A stretch of DNA of 63,265 bases, the filler included, from Octopus bimaculoides (Eukaryota): NCBI RefSeq assembly GCF_001194135.2. It is 5 parts of 4 records of this genome, joined end to end, with 100 filler letters (N's around TTAATTAATTAA, not from the genome) between each part and the next. Parts side by side here need not be neighbours in the genome. Positions count along the whole stretch, not along the records: positions 1 to 20,244 come from NC_069000.1; positions 20,345 to 33,685 come from NC_068984.1; 3 more parts are not named here. The stretch is one strand, 5' to 3'. Position numbers and translations under genes: made by a program. Position 1 is the first letter of the stretch; each line of letters begins with the position of its first letter. The notes under the pieces are model-generated. The model was given only the letters and a program-made list of their open reading frames with translations, had not been told where the DNA came from and searched no databases. Shown piece by piece: positions 12,678 through 26,152 of the stretch.

Positions 12678-13588
12678 TGAAGAAGAAGAAGAAGAAGAAG
12701 AAGAGGGAGGAGGAAGAGGAGGAGGAGAAGAAAAGAAGAAGAAGAAGAAGAAGAAGAAGAAGAAAAGAAGAAGAAGAAGAAGAAAAGAAGAAGAAGAAGA
12801 AAAGAAAAAGAAGAAGAGGAAGGAGAAGATGAAGAAGAAGAAGAAGAAGAAGAAGAAGAAGAGGNNNNNNNNNNNNNNNNNNNNNNNNNNNNNNNNNNNN
12901 NNNNNNNNNNNNNNNNNNNNNNNNNNNNNNNNNNNNNNNNNNNNNNNNNNNNNNNNNNNNNNNNNNNNNNNNNNNNNNNNNNNNNNNNNNNNNNNNNNNN
13001 NNNNNNNNNNNNNNNNNNNNNNNNNNNNNNNNNNNNNNNNNNNNNNNNNNNNNNNNNNNNNNNNNNNNNNNNNNNNNNNNNNNNNNNNNNNNNNNNNNNN
13101 NNNNNNNNNNNNNNNNNNNNNNNNNNNNNNNNNNNNNNNNNNNNNNNNNNNNNNNNNNNNNNNNNNNNNNNNNNNNNNNNNNNNNNNNNNNNNNNNNNNN
13201 NNNNNNNNNNNNNNNNNNNNNNNNNNNNNNNNNNNNNNNNNNNNNNNNNNNNNNNNNNNNNNNNNNNNNNNNNNNNNNNNNNNNNNNNNNNNNNNNNNNN
13301 NNNNNNNNNNNNNNNNNNNNNNNNNNNNNNNNNNNNNNNNNNNNNNNNNNNNNNNNNNNNNNNNNNNNNNNNNNNNNNNNNNNNNNNNNNNNNNNNNNNN
13401 NNNNNNNNNNNNNNNNNNNNNNNNNNNNNNNNNNNNNNNNNNNNNNNNNNNNNNNNNNNNNNNNNNNNNNNNNNNNNNNNNNNNNNNNNNNNNNGAAGAA
13501 GAAGAAGAAGAAGAAGAAGAAGAAGAAGAAGAAGAAGAAGAAGAAGAAGAAGAAGAAAAAGAAGAAGAAGAAGAAGAAGAAGAAGAAG
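12678..13588. repeat. Long (GAA)n microsatellite spanning a gap
   Basis: GAA/GAG repeats on both sides of the N run at 12865-13494. Confidence 0.95.
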
Positions 13589-14233
13589 CAGCGACGTCAA
13601 CAACATTAATATCAACATCGACAAGAGCAATAAGAAACGAGATGTCAGAAAAATTTTTTTTATAGATATTAATTTATTGAAATCTATTAATTACGCGTTG
13701 ATGAGCTTATTGATTATGACGATTCTGGAATATTTTCTGTAGCCATGCGACGGCATGTACAGGTATACTTCCCTTTATAATTATTCAAACTAATTACAGT
13801 CAATATATTCTCAATGGATATTCTTCTTGTTAATTTTTTTCTCAGACCCCGATATCGCAACCCTAGCTCTACAGGATGTTTTTCATATTCCATTTTAACA
13901 AATCAGTCTTGTTTTTTTAGCATATGACCAATGCTGTTGTAATAGACTTATCACTAATGGTGTCCGGTCCTTAAACATTCCAACTTATTGTATGTTAAGG
14001 TCCTATATTGTCCAGCATGCTTTTCCTTCTTTATTGCGGTGAATAAGGATGTCAGGGAGATATGTCCCATTCCCTTGGGTCAAGTGGCCAGGCAGACACC
14101 CACATTAATCCCTTTTGGAGGCACCGAGAGTAACTGACTCAAGACAAACAACATAAAGAAACTATATTCCTTGATCCGCAATGTTAATCAAAATAACCGA
14201 TTAGTTACTCTGATCTTTGTAGGTGAGACAGGT

Positions 14234-14239
14234 TTTATT
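14234..14239 (-). promoter_or_regulatory. Putative polyadenylation signal AATAAA for the candidate terminal exon
   Basis: TTTATT on the + strand about 120 nt downstream (on the minus strand) of the TAA at 14358. Confidence 0.35.
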
Positions 14240-14357
14240 TTCTAGAAGATTTTAAAACCCGAAGTATTAAAATACGCAATGAAAACATATAATCTAAATA
14301 CAATCTACATATAATCTACGTATAATCTAGCATATAATCTGCAGGGTCATTGACTGG

Positions 14358-14525
14358 TTACGACAAGGGAACTTGTTCCAGCACTGTTATTCTATATAAC
14401 TCCGGTGGGGTTGATTCGCTTCTGTCTATAGCAGTAAAGCGTCCATCATTAACAAGACCAAGGAAGGTCGGAATCACGTGATCTGGTGGTCTCAATGCTG
14501 GAGGTGACGGGGATTTATCTCCCTG
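14358..14525 (-). CDS. Candidate terminal coding exon (QGDKSPSPPALRPPDHVIPTFLGLVNDGRFTAIDRSESTPPELYRITVLEQVPLS*), possibly of the LRR gene
   Basis: A pyrimidine-rich NAGNAG acceptor TTTTGTTTATATCTTTAG|CAG| is followed by 55 open codons ending in TAA; the other two frames stop early. The segment is GC-richer than its flanks and has an AATAAA about 120 nt downstream. I do not recognise a domain, and linkage to the LRR exon is inferred only from strand and phase. Confidence 0.55.
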   Translation of the reverse strand, partial: QGDKSPSPPALRPPDHVIPTFLGLVNDGRFTAIDRSESTPPELYRITVLEQVPLS

Positions 14526-16006
14526 CTAAAGATATAAACAAAAGTGCATTTGACACCAAACACCAATGTGAGAGTTTCTCTCATAGCAACTACCGCAGTA
14601 TAGCTTGTTCTTACAGAACATCCATGTTTCAGTGGGAATAAATATTACTTCTTGGTAGTAATACTGCCTCTATCGTTAATAAATGTAATCTACTTTTCTT
14701 GTTTTAACATTGATTTGTTTCCGCATAAACCTTATTTCTAAATTTACACTAGTGTGACTTTCTTTAACTCCATTACTCTAATTCTATGCACCATATTAAC
14801 TATATATATTCTGTGATTTTCTCGGTATGATGATAGCCGATGTACATGTCTAAGCATTTTATGTCACATAGAGAGAGGTGGAGAGACTGTAAATAGTGGG
14901 TTACAGTGAGAGTAAGAGTTGATAAAAGAATGCTGAAATTTAAAAAGCAGAGGTGGGAGGAAGGTAAAGATTATAAAAGCTACGTAGTGGATAGACGGCA
15001 AAAACATGATACACGCTTACATATACACACGTACAAACACGTACACACGCATACACACACACACATACACAGGGGGTGCAGTTATAGCTAAAATAGTTCG
15101 ATAACCTTAACAAACGGTTGGTAGGAAGAAGTAAAGGAGCAGATGTCAGTGCACATTTGCATGTTCATGCATTTGTCTCAATTAAAATTAATAACCATTT
15201 TACACAACGTTAATTGACGTGTCAAATCATGTTTTCAGTTAACTCCATTCAGGAAGGAAGGAATATATTTACCTTCTAGAGTGACACTCAAACGTAGGTG
15301 CGCTCACATTTAATAATAGCCGATGCAAATGTTTGTCAGTTGGTTTACATAGCAGAGAGAGAGAGGGGGAAACAATCAAAGTAACAGAGAGAAAGAGAGA
15401 GAGAGAGAGAGAGTTGATATAAGAGCTCAATAAAGCAGCGATCTAAGAGAATCATCATTACCTCTGTCACAATGCAGAGCCGCATTTCGTTTGTCTTAAC
15501 CTTTTGCTTTCAAATGTCACCGGGCTCAACTTTGTGTTTCATCCTTTCGCGATTAATAAAATAAATACCACCAGTTAAGCACTGGGGNNNNNNNNNNNNN
15601 NNNNNNNNNNNNNNNNNNNNNNNNNNNNNNNNNNNNNNNNNNNNNNNNNNNNNNNNNNNNNNNNNNNNNNNNNNNNNNNNNNNNNNNNNNNNNNNNNNNN
15701 NNNNNNNNNNNNNNNNNNNNNNNNNNNNNNNNNNNNNNNNNNNNNNNNNNNNNNNNNNNNNNNNNNNNNNNNNNNNNNNNNNNNNNNNNNNNNNNNNNNN
15801 NNNNNNNNNNNNNNNNNNNNNNNNNNNNNNNNNNNNNNNNNNNNNNNNNNNNNNNNNNNNNNNNNNNNNNNNNNNNNNNNNNNNNNNNNNNNNNNNNNNN
15901 NNNNNNNNNNNNNNNNNNNNNNNNNNNNNNNNNNNNNNNNNNNNNNNNNNNNNNNNNNNNNNNNNNNNNNNNNNNNNNNNNNNNNNNNNNNNNNNNNNNN
16001 NNNNNN

Positions 16007-16047
<41 letters not shown>

Positions 16048-16089
16048 CGTGTATGTATGTATGTATATAGATAGATAGATAGATTGATT

Positions 16090-16158
<69 letters not shown>

Positions 16159-16244
16159 GTGTATGGATGCATGGATGAGAGAGAAAAAGAGAGACACGTG
16201 TATGTCCATGTATATATAGGAGTGATTGGATAGATGTATCTATG

Positions 16245-16598
16245 TTGTTGTTGGCACTCCGTCTCTTACGCCGTCGAGAGTTCCAGTTGATCCGATCAAG
16301 GGAACAGCCTGCTAGTGAAATTAACGTGCAAGTGGCTGAGCACTCCACAGACACGTGTACCCTTAACGTAGTTCTCGGGGAGATTCAGCGTGACACAGTG
16401 TGACAAGGCTGGCCCTTTGAAATACAGGTACGATAGAAGCAGGAAGAAAGAGTGAGAGAAAGTTGTGGTGGAAGAGTACAGCAGGGTTCGCCACCACCCC
16501 CTACTGGAGCCTCGTGGAGCATTAGGAGTGGGAATCGAAACCTCGATCTTACGATCGCGAGTCCGCTACCCTAACCACTAGGCCATTGCGCCTCCACT
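16245..16598 (-). mobile_element. tRNA-derived SINE family C, full length
   Basis: The minus-strand head GGCGCAATGGCCTAGTGGTTAGG...GGTTTCGATTCCC contains A and B boxes. The body is unique and the tail ends in (AAC)n. Confidence 0.8.
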
Positions 16599-16666
16599 GT
16601 ATCTATGTACAGAACTGTATAAAACCATATATATATATATAGATATCTTTTGTACACGTGTGTGTG

Positions 16667-16735
<69 letters not shown>

Positions 16736-17320
16736 CAATAAGTATCCGGACTGTTACCATGGTAACGAAGCTGAAGCACGCAGAGTTTANNNNNNNNNNN
16801 NNNNNNNNNNNNNNNNNNNNNNNNNNNNNNNNNNNNNNNNNNNNNNNNNNNNNNNNNNNNNNNNNNNNNNNNNNNNNNNNNNNNNNNNNNNNNNNNNNNN
16901 NNNNNNNNNNNNNNNNNNNNNNNNNNNNNNNNNNNNNNNNNNNNNNNNNNNNNNNNNNNNNNNNNNNNNNNNNNNNNNNNNNNNNNNNNNNNNNNNNNNN
17001 NNNNNNNNNNNNNNNNNNNNNNNNNNNNNNNNNNNNNNNNNNNNTTTAACGTTTTTTTATTATGTCATATACCCATATATGCATGTATATATGCATGTAT
17101 ATATATGTAGGTATGTACATATATGTATGGATATATGCATATATTTTTATATTATTTATATTATTATATGATCGAACGCCACGCATCCTTTTCCAAGTAA
17201 GTTTTATCTATATATGTATACATATATATATATGACAAACTTACTGTATATATACAGGGAGAGAAAGCGAAAAAGAGCAGACAGATAGACAGAGACACAG
17301 AGACAGAGGGATAGTTATGT

Positions 17321-17413
<93 letters not shown>

Positions 17414-18089
17414 AATTTGTTTTTAAACATCCACGTGTGTGTGTAATATGAAAATCCTGGCAGAGAGAAGCCGCATATATGTATAATTTCGAAAACGGAT
17501 GAAGTAGTTTTTTTTCTTGCTTTTTTTTTCTCACCTTTCGATAAACAAATAGATTTATCCAATTAAATTTTAAATTCAGTACAATATCACTTGTATTCAA
17601 TGAAATTATAATTACGCTTCAAAAATTTTATCAACTTATTTACAATCTCCAACACAGATTGAAATGAAATTCACCAAACAAGAAAATGTATGTGTTCACC
17701 ATGTAATGGGGTGTGCATTCGCCTTTCTCTATTAAAAGCGGAAATAGTACTAAGTTTGTCAATGCTTTGATAGACCATTGATGGTTTTGTTAGAAAGTGC
17801 TCCTGGTCCGAAGCACCTATTGGGAACCATTGTCGGGCTGTCTAAAACTTTTATTTTCCTCATTGCAATATTTGCCTCAGAAATGAGTGCTCTAAGATAT
17901 GAAGACAGTAGGAGCTTTTTTAAAGCAATGTCCTCGGTTTATGCAATGGTTCTAATAAGAAAACTTCTGATTAATATGATGGAGACGATATGCGTGTATG
18001 CATGTGTGTGTGTGCGTGTGTGTGCGTATGTGTGTTTGTTTCTATGTCTGTATACATGTGTATTTGTGTGTGTATCAATGTGTGTGTAG

Positions 18090-18455
18090 TCGTAGGTATG
18101 GGTGGGTGGTTAAGAAGTTTTACAACCTTGTGATTTGCGTCCCGCTGTGCGGCACTTTTGGCAACTGTTTTCTACTTATAATTGCGCGCAGACCAATAAA
18201 TTGCTAGTGAATTTGGGAGATAGAAACTGTGCAGAAACCCGTCGTGTATATGCGTATATGTGTGTTTGGCCGCTCCTCCGTTTGCCACTCGGTGCAGGTT
18301 TGCTTACGTAACTTAACAGTTTGTCAAAAGAATTTGTTGAAACAAGTACAACATTTAAATGTACTGGAGTCGATTTCTTTGACTAAGCAGTTTTATGCGG
18401 TGCTCCAGCGATGCTGCAGTCCAATGACGAAAATTAGTCGAAGATACAAGATACG
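18090..18455 (+). mobile_element. SINE family A copy (highly diverged)
   Basis: The head GGTGGTTAAGAAG, the body GAAACTG..AGAAACCCGTCGT and the tail GCGGTGCTCCAGC match family A. Confidence 0.7.
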
Positions 18456-19450
18456 TTTAGTTTGAAATCTGCATATATCGATTACATTGCTTCCAGTACA
18501 TTTGGGTGATCGATTGTATACATAATTTAATTAGCTCCTCGCAAAGATACGACCACTATCGTGACATTGAAGCAATAAGATAGAGCTTTATATTGAACGA
18601 TGTAATTAAATGCGTACTTGCGCGTGTGTGTGTGTAACGATGTACATACGTAAGGTCATATAAAGATGTGTGCCTTGTTCTGTATGTGCAATTAATTCAT
18701 ACATAGAAACATACATACATAGAAACATACATACATACATACATACATGCATGCATACATACATACATANNNNNNNNNNNNNNNNNNNNNNNNNNNNNNN
18801 NNNNNNNNNNNNNNNNNNNNNNNNNNNNNNNNNNNNNNNNNNNNNNNNNNNNNNNNNNNNNNNNNNNNNACAAAAACAGGACAGTGGAGGCATACAAGGA
18901 AACCGAATGAAAACAAACACGGAGGGTCTTTAGACCAGAACGTGAGGAAAACACTGAACGCTGGGAGAAATATTTTCTAAGAAAAGAGAAGAGATAGAAG
19001 AAAAAAAGTTCAGTCTTTTGAACGTCCGCGCAGGAAAAAAGAAATGGTGTCATAAGGAAACGAAGGATGGACGATGGTCATGTGTGAACAACGTTTCCAA
19101 GAAAGTTTATATATATGTATATATATATATATATAGATAGATTGATAGATAGATAGATATAGATATGTGTTTGTGTGCGTGTGTGTATACCTACACATAT
19201 ATAAATGGTGAATTGTTTGTAACTATTTTGTAACACCAAAATAGTGGACAATACATTTGTTTTTGTTTATGTCCGAACATAATGGAGGATTTTCTTTTGT
19301 GTTATATTACCTCTTTCTTTTATATTCTAGATATAAACAATTCGTATGTAAAATTTCTTGAGTAAACTTAAAGTAACTATATGGTTTTACGTCTATTTCT
19401 ACGTTGTTTTTTCTATTTGTTGGATCAGCTACGTTGAGAAACCAGAAATG

Positions 19451-19845
19451 TGCTTCAGTCATTAGACTGTGGCTATCCTGGGGCACAGTTTTGAGGAATT
19501 TTAGTCTAACATATCGACATCAGTTCTTGTTTACTTTACAAGACTGGTACATATTCTATCGATATCTTTGCCGAGCCGCGATGTTACGCGGACCAAAACA
19601 AACCAGCATCAGATGGGGGAAAAACGCAAGGACGCACGCACACACACATATACACACACACACTCACAAACAGACACATACACACACACCTGTATATATA
19701 CGACGGGCGTCTTTCAGCTTTGAAATCCACTCACAAGACCTTGGTCGGCTCGAGGCTAGAATAGAAGAGAGTCACGCAGTGGGCTTGAACCCGAAACCGT
19801 GTACTTGGAAAGTAAACTTCTTACCACACGGCCACGCCTGCGCCT
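19451..19845 (-). mobile_element. SINE family A copy (diverged)
   Basis: Aligns by eye along its length with 49799-50204. Confidence 0.8.
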
Positions 19846-19879
19846 CTATACGGCTGCGTATTCTATGAAGACGAGTATA

Positions 19880-20100
19880 TTTTACGCAAATTGCAGTCAA
19901 TATTAGTATACCATAATATGACAATGCCTACTCTTTGATTCATAAATCTATCCAGCAGGATAACCGTTTCCGTCTGCAAACAGTCTGTCACAATGTCTGG
20001 GTCGATCGGAGGCTGTGCCAAATGATACCGGCAGAAGATGTCACGTAGCCAAATAGAGTCTGGGATCTTGTGTATAGCGAAGAGGACATTCAGCAATATG
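19880..20100 (-). mobile_element. Possible CR1/L2-like LINE 3' remnant
   Basis: YHLAQPPIDPDIVTDCLQTETVILLDRFMNQR loosely resembles the C-terminal CxC..ETVxHFLLxC motif. The match is weak. Confidence 0.3.
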
Positions 20101-20244
20101 GCCAACACATACACACACAGGGAAACACGCTCACACAAACAAACATACACATACACTCACATATACATATGTATATGTATATACATATATATGTATATAC
20201 GTATATGTATATACATATATGTATATATATATATATATATATAT

Positions 20245-20344
20245 NNNNNNNNNNNNNNNNNNNNNNNNNNNNNNNNNNNNNNNNNNNNTTAATTAATTAA
20301 NNNNNNNNNNNNNNNNNNNNNNNNNNNNNNNNNNNNNNNNNNNN
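20245..20344. other. Artificial 100-nt gap spacer: 44 N + TTAATTAATTAA + 44 N (also at 33730, 41682 and 62000)
   Basis: The same six-frame-stop 12-mer is centred in N runs four times, so it is an assembly linker rather than biological sequence. Confidence 0.95.
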
Positions 20345-21799
20345 ATATATATATATATATATATATACATATACATTTGATGCCTCTGTAAAATATTTTG
20401 ACATTGGATGTAGTGCTCGCGTGTTTGAATTTTTTTATCCACCGTAATTTTGCTAATAGAATTTGCATCTGCATTTCTCTTGCCGTTTGCTCTCGGGTGT
20501 TTTCCTTATTGTTGACATTATGTTATTTACTTCTCGTTTCATATTTGATCTCTCCTTTCTCCATATTGCTAAATAAAGATACTACTTCCCATTTATTTTT
20601 CCATATTTTATTTTCATTTTCGCTTTTATCAGATCCACCTGAATAGTGTCTAGTTCTATAAACATCAATTTCGGTTTCCTCTCATACTGCTGTTGAATAT
20701 ATAAAATCTTTCAGTATGTCCATATTAGGCTAGTTTATTTCCGTTAAAAGAATTCCTATCTGGGCACAGTTATAGTTATCTATTATTTTGTGGAGTTGCT
20801 TGTTTGTGTGTAACTTAAGCAGTGATTTACATTGATCCCTGTTTATTGATTTTATTAACTTTCTTTATTTTCTATATTGTTTCTCTTATTTCTTCTGGTT
20901 GATCTGCTATGATTTTTGTTGCGTGGCATGGACGGTATATATTTTACGTCTGTGTATTTGGGATATTAGTCATCATTTTGGATTTTGTTATTTTATTTTC
21001 TAACGTACTCTTTGTTTTTTTATGCGGCGAGTTCTTTACTGGTATCATAGTATTTTCACAGCTCAATCATTGCTTGACTTATCACCATGTAGTGTTGTTT
21101 TCTCCGTTTTTTAACTTTTGGTGTACTTTTTTATTGTGATGATTTCATTTGCCAGTAGTAGACTATCTTATTGGTATAATCATTCTCTCATTATTATTAT
21201 TTTCACAGTGTATTCTCACTGGTTTGTCTATTTTACTTTTTGGGATTTCACTATTGCTTATTATGAATCTTCATGCATTACCTAGTTTGTTTGATATATT
21301 TTTTTCACCTCATATTTTTGTATCCACAGCACGTTCTTCTCTCTTAAAGTTCTCTTGTGTGTTAGATCTATATATAAGTATTGCTATCTTTATTATTCAT
21401 AGTTTGAGTCGTAGATCGGAAATTTCCTTTTTCAAAACAAAAATTATATATATTCTGAAAAAGTTTCATAAATGTTCTCGAGTTTAACAAAAATGTTCAT
21501 GATAAGCAAATGCTGCATAAATGTGCATTAACACAGTTTACTGATCCAAGTGACTATTTAGTCTTTACAGAAACTGTTGTGTTTCGCTCAAATTGTGTAA
21601 TTTACACAATTAGGGATTGTACAATATGCACATTCCTTAATTGCTAGCGCCTTTAATTCTACCGCAAGATCGAAATAATTCCTTAAATTTTCTATTCTCT
21701 TCTGTTCAGGTCAATTTTATGTCTCTATGTAATTAATTATTACAGTATTGTCATATTTCTTATGAAAAATAATGTTAGATTCTGCTAAATTTCCATTCT

Positions 21800-22260
21800 A
21801 CTTTGTTATTTATATTTTCTAAATCTGATGAAGGTTCGCTTAAACACTACAGAGCATTTACTTGACGCAGTTGAAAATGAGTTGTGTGTACAGAGTAACT
21901 TTGCTCCGTGGTTGGAGCTATTGCATGAGATTATGATTTAATGTTTGATGTATTGTTTGAGAAAATAACCCACGGTCGCAATATTTGCTAATATTGATAT
22001 CGTAGAAGTTATTGATATTTCTTTCATACCTAGAGTTGATGACGAGTTCCACCAACACGTATATTGTTACTTTTGTTGCCCCTTTTAGGTTTTATGTATT
22101 CACTCAAGATAGAGAGTGAATCTTTTTAATATTTATGGCAAGACAGTTCACAGAATTATTGAACATATTAAAGTATAATTTTATGGTTCTTTTCACTTCG
22201 GATGAATAATTTGTCATCTGTTTGTCCCTTTTCGCCTTACGTTTAGAATGTTTACCGTTC
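21800..22260 (-). mobile_element. Possible highly decayed GIY-YIG (PLE) remnant
   Basis: The minus strand near 22010-22060 reads approximately IYV-GGTRHQL, resembling YVGETRRQL. A degenerate CTGATGAAGG..AAAC motif lies at 21825. Confidence 0.3.
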
Positions 22261-23399
22261 TTCTAAATCAAATCTAATGTCTTGTGAAAATTTTGCTGTG
22301 AGAGTAATTCACAAATTTTATTTGTGAGAATAAAATTGATTTACTGTTTTTTTTCTTTTTCTTTTTGTTAATTTCAAGAGGAGCATGTAGCAAGTATTCT
22401 TGTGAGAAAAAACAATAGGGAACGATATGCTTTCTTTCTCAAATATTATAAATGTCTAATATGTTAAAGCGCATATTTGTAAAAGCATTCGAGTGCTTGC
22501 AATCGACCTTATTCCTTCTTTATATTGTACTTCATCAAACGGTATGTTTCATTGCCAATGTTTTTCTGCAAGAATTAGCTACAACCTTTTGGTCATTATA
22601 CATGCTTCGCTACGCCAAGTATCTATGCTATGCATTAAATTTCCCAACTGCAAGTCTGTTGTATGTTAATGACTTCTGTATTTAGTAATGCAGCATTAAG
22701 ACTCGTAATTTCTATTGTTGTGAGTATGCAATCATGCAGGATATGATTTACCCTCTGTATATCACCTGGTATTTAAATCTTATTATATATAATCTTTGTT
22801 CGTGCATGGCTTGTAGCCTCCAAAAATCTATGCTGCAATTCAAAAGGAGGCTTTTCTGAACGTATTGATTATCAACTAAAAGAATTATTCCAGCCGAATC
22901 ATGGTTTGTTAGACACTCTTGATATTTGGGTGCCTAAAATGTGTTGGTTTCCGGATATATTACCTGCGCAGTATCTTGCATTACGTTTCTTCTATTATAA
23001 TAATGAACTGGTCAGAAGGATGCGAGAAGTTGATTCACGGAAACTGTACGAAATTTTATTGTGTAATTGTATATACATAAGTGCGCGTGATAGTGGTGTG
23101 TTGGAGTGAGGAGCAATATAAACACTAAACACATATTTCGCCAGACTATATCAGCGAGAAAAATGAAAACAATGTGATTTTGTAACGAAGTTCCTCACTA
23201 TTTTTGTATTCTAAGCGGTCATTTAACAAACATTTCTGTTTTTATCGACTCTAAACCCCATCCATCTCGGCCGCTTGTATTTGCGACCGTATTCTTTCGG
23301 TCATCATCCAAGATTCGTGACCATAGATAAGGGCGAGCACAAACACCGAATTGAAGAAAGCGAGGTTAGCCTTTATACCCACCCATCCTTTTTCTTCTG

Positions 23400-23720
23400 G
23401 TGACCGAGTACACGTTACAGCACCAGCTCCTGCAATTGTTGCACGTCATTCAGCCCCCTGCCTTGACATACTTGAACGTTTGTCCCTCCTTCAGTGGAAC
23501 ACCACTCACATATAGAATGCATTGCACAGGTTTCTTTGAGAGTTCGAGGGTCTCAGTCTTCGCACATTTATTTCCATTCCCGCCGAGCAGTACTCGGCAG
23601 CGAACCTCATACAAGATTTATTTGATAGTACAACACAAAAGTACATTGTTGGCGGCATAAACCCTGGTTCATTCAAATTTGCCTTGCTCAGAGGTCACTA
23701 AAATATGGCTAACATTCAAA
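23400..23720 (-). mobile_element. RTE-type LINE RT C-terminal fragment
   Basis: RFAAEYCSAGMEIN, then after a frameshift KKPVQCILYVSGVPLKEGQTFKYV, resembling the KFKYLG region. Confidence 0.6.
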
Positions 23721-23893
23721 TATATACATAAGTCGAAGTTATTGACTTATATCCTCCACTTAAATCTGTTGACTTAAATGAAAAGCCATTATTATTGTTG
23801 TTGTTGATGTCGTCTTCATTATAATCATGATCTTTATTATCATTATTATTATTATTATTATTACTATTATTATCATTATTATTNNNNNNNNNN

Positions 23894-23924
<31 letters not shown>

Positions 23925-26152
23925 TATTATTATCATCATCATCGTCGTGGTCGTGGTCGTCGTCGTTGTTGTTGTTATCATCATTATTATTGAAAACAGT
24001 TTTACTTATATTAAATTGTTTTTGTATACAATTTATTTGATTTAAACATTTTGTCGAAAAATATCTCGTTAGTCACTTGGTAACGCATCATATTCGCCGC
24101 CATCTTCTTCTTGTCTGTACATCTTAAAGTTTTCTGTCTTCGTGTATTTCTTTTTAAATATCACTACGTTTTATTTATGTCTTTATTGTTATTATCTCTT
24201 TGTGTTATTTCAGATTCATTTTAGTTATTTATTTTTCTACTTCAGTGACAGCACAGTTGAGGAATATTTCTATTCTAGTAAAAATTATATATGTAGTGTT
24301 TGGGGGGATTTTTCTAGCTCTCTTTCTCTATCGAATGATAACATCACTTAATACTTTTTTTCCATAGAAATGTCCATTTCGTTTTTATTTTCTTTCTTAG
24401 AAATATCTAAGTGATCATTTAAGAAACATTTCTGTTTTTATCGACTCTAAACTATCCGAAATACTATTCCATCTACATGTTTTTCCTAGATCTGTCTGAT
24501 TACAACGTTGTATTCAAGTAAGTTATTGTAGCAGCTTGCTGTAGAAAAGAACTTTGAATATTAATATGAAACGATGAAATGGCTTTCTCAATGGAAGTCT
24601 TTAATGTTTTGTATAAGTAGGAATGTGTATAAAGTAATTTTATAAACGCTAAAATTTTACTGCTCCAGAAATGGCCCCCATCTTTACAAAACAACTACAT
24701 GTTTCAATCTTGAAAATCAATATAATTTCAGGCTTTCGGTTTTATGTCTTAAACGTATCCCAAATATGAAAATAATGAAAGAGATATCAAGATGGTGATG
24801 GAAGCACTGTGAAATATATGACTCTTTTGCTAACTCACAATACAGAAGGCAGTTCTAGCATGAAAAACAAGATGCAATTGATATCAGGAGGAGAGGTATC
24901 TAACAAATACTTTACGTTTTAAATGCCAACATATTTCAACAGCTTAGAATTACGGTTGTGGATATACAAAATAACAACATATGTTTTTAAAATGAGATAT
25001 AAAAGTGTTTGACGTTAGATCATATGGTACACTGAAGGAAGTTAGCCTTACTGAGGCGAAGAAACTCCTTCTCCGCACCTTATCTCTTGCTCTCGCTATC
25101 TCTATCTCTATCTCTCCCTCTTCCCCTTCCCTCCACTCTCTCTCTCTTTCTCTCTCTCCCTCTACTAATAATTATTAGTAGAGAGAGAGTGTGTGAATAA
25201 GTCATGTAAAATAGCTGAACTAATGACAAAAGATTTGCAACGTGAAGCAATAGACTCCATAGAAATTGCCGATAGTCAAGGTTGGCAGCAAGCAAGTGTA
25301 AAACAAAGGGACTTTAGTAAAAATAATATCTCCCAAGTTAGTTACATGGTGATGCCGTTCGCGTAAAAAATATCATACGGTATAGACAAAATCACATAAC
25401 CTCCATGATTAATAATATTTTAATTATTTCGCTAAGTAAAGGAGACAACCATTAATATATTTCGGCCATAACTATTCTTATTTAGACGGATGGCGTCCAT
25501 TGTTTTATTGTTTCATACAGTAATTTTTCACACTTACTTGTATATGATATTGTACGTCTATTTGTGGTTCTGTCATCACCATTCTGAAACTACATGAAGA
25601 TTATATTTCTCTGATGAGGTCAAATAAAGTCAAAACATGCTCCGTATTGTCATCTGTATTTGCTGCAACGTTTAAAACAGTAATAGAAATTGAGATATAG
25701 TTTCCGTTTTTTTATCACATAAGTATTTCTAATTAAGTGTTTAACAATAGAAATTAGAAATACTTATGTAGCAAGGTAAAGAAAACATTGTATTTTACTT
25801 TACCTGAAGGCATGTAGATTAGGGCTTAGATGTTGGACTTTCGATCATCAGGAAAATGGTTCTATTACTGGACCGAGTGATGCCCAGTGTTCTCGAGCAA
25901 GGCACTTCAGGACACGTTACTCCGGTCTGCTTAGTTAAAAATTAGTAACATCTGACTCCGAATATTGGTGAAGCCCTCTTTCCCACCAGCTGTAGCATCG
26001 TCGATGTTACGCAGGATCAATCGTAAGAGAGCTGAGAATATATTTACATCTGTTTGCGACAACATGGGAAGCTAAAACAATTGGCAAAGCAGATAGATTT
26101 CTACCGATTAATAAACGCTATACTTATTCATTTAATATTTAAAATGCTATAA

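Noticed and set aside
12499-13665. 388-aa poly-Cys/Glu/Lys ORF and similar long ORFs
   Set aside because: These are translations of (TGT)n and (GAA)n microsatellites and N runs. The same applies to the ORFs at 1254-3692, 9416-10057, 15510-16354, 55646-57854 and 60072-60891.
17778-18089. 103-aa plus-strand ORF and a 60-codon minus-strand open frame
   Set aside because: There is no recognisable domain or consistent splice-site pair, and the ORF ends in a (GT)n tract.
20289-20300. Recurrent palindrome TTAATTAATTAA (also at 33730, 41682 and 62000)
   Set aside because: It is always centred in a 100-nt N block (44 N on each side), so it is an artificial six-frame-stop scaffold linker.
25611-25640. 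CTGATGAG hammerhead-like start (also at 37065, 40457, 43918 and 12675)
   Set aside because: There is no intact stem II plus GAAA plus NUH/stem I arrangement; these are chance or heavily decayed matches.
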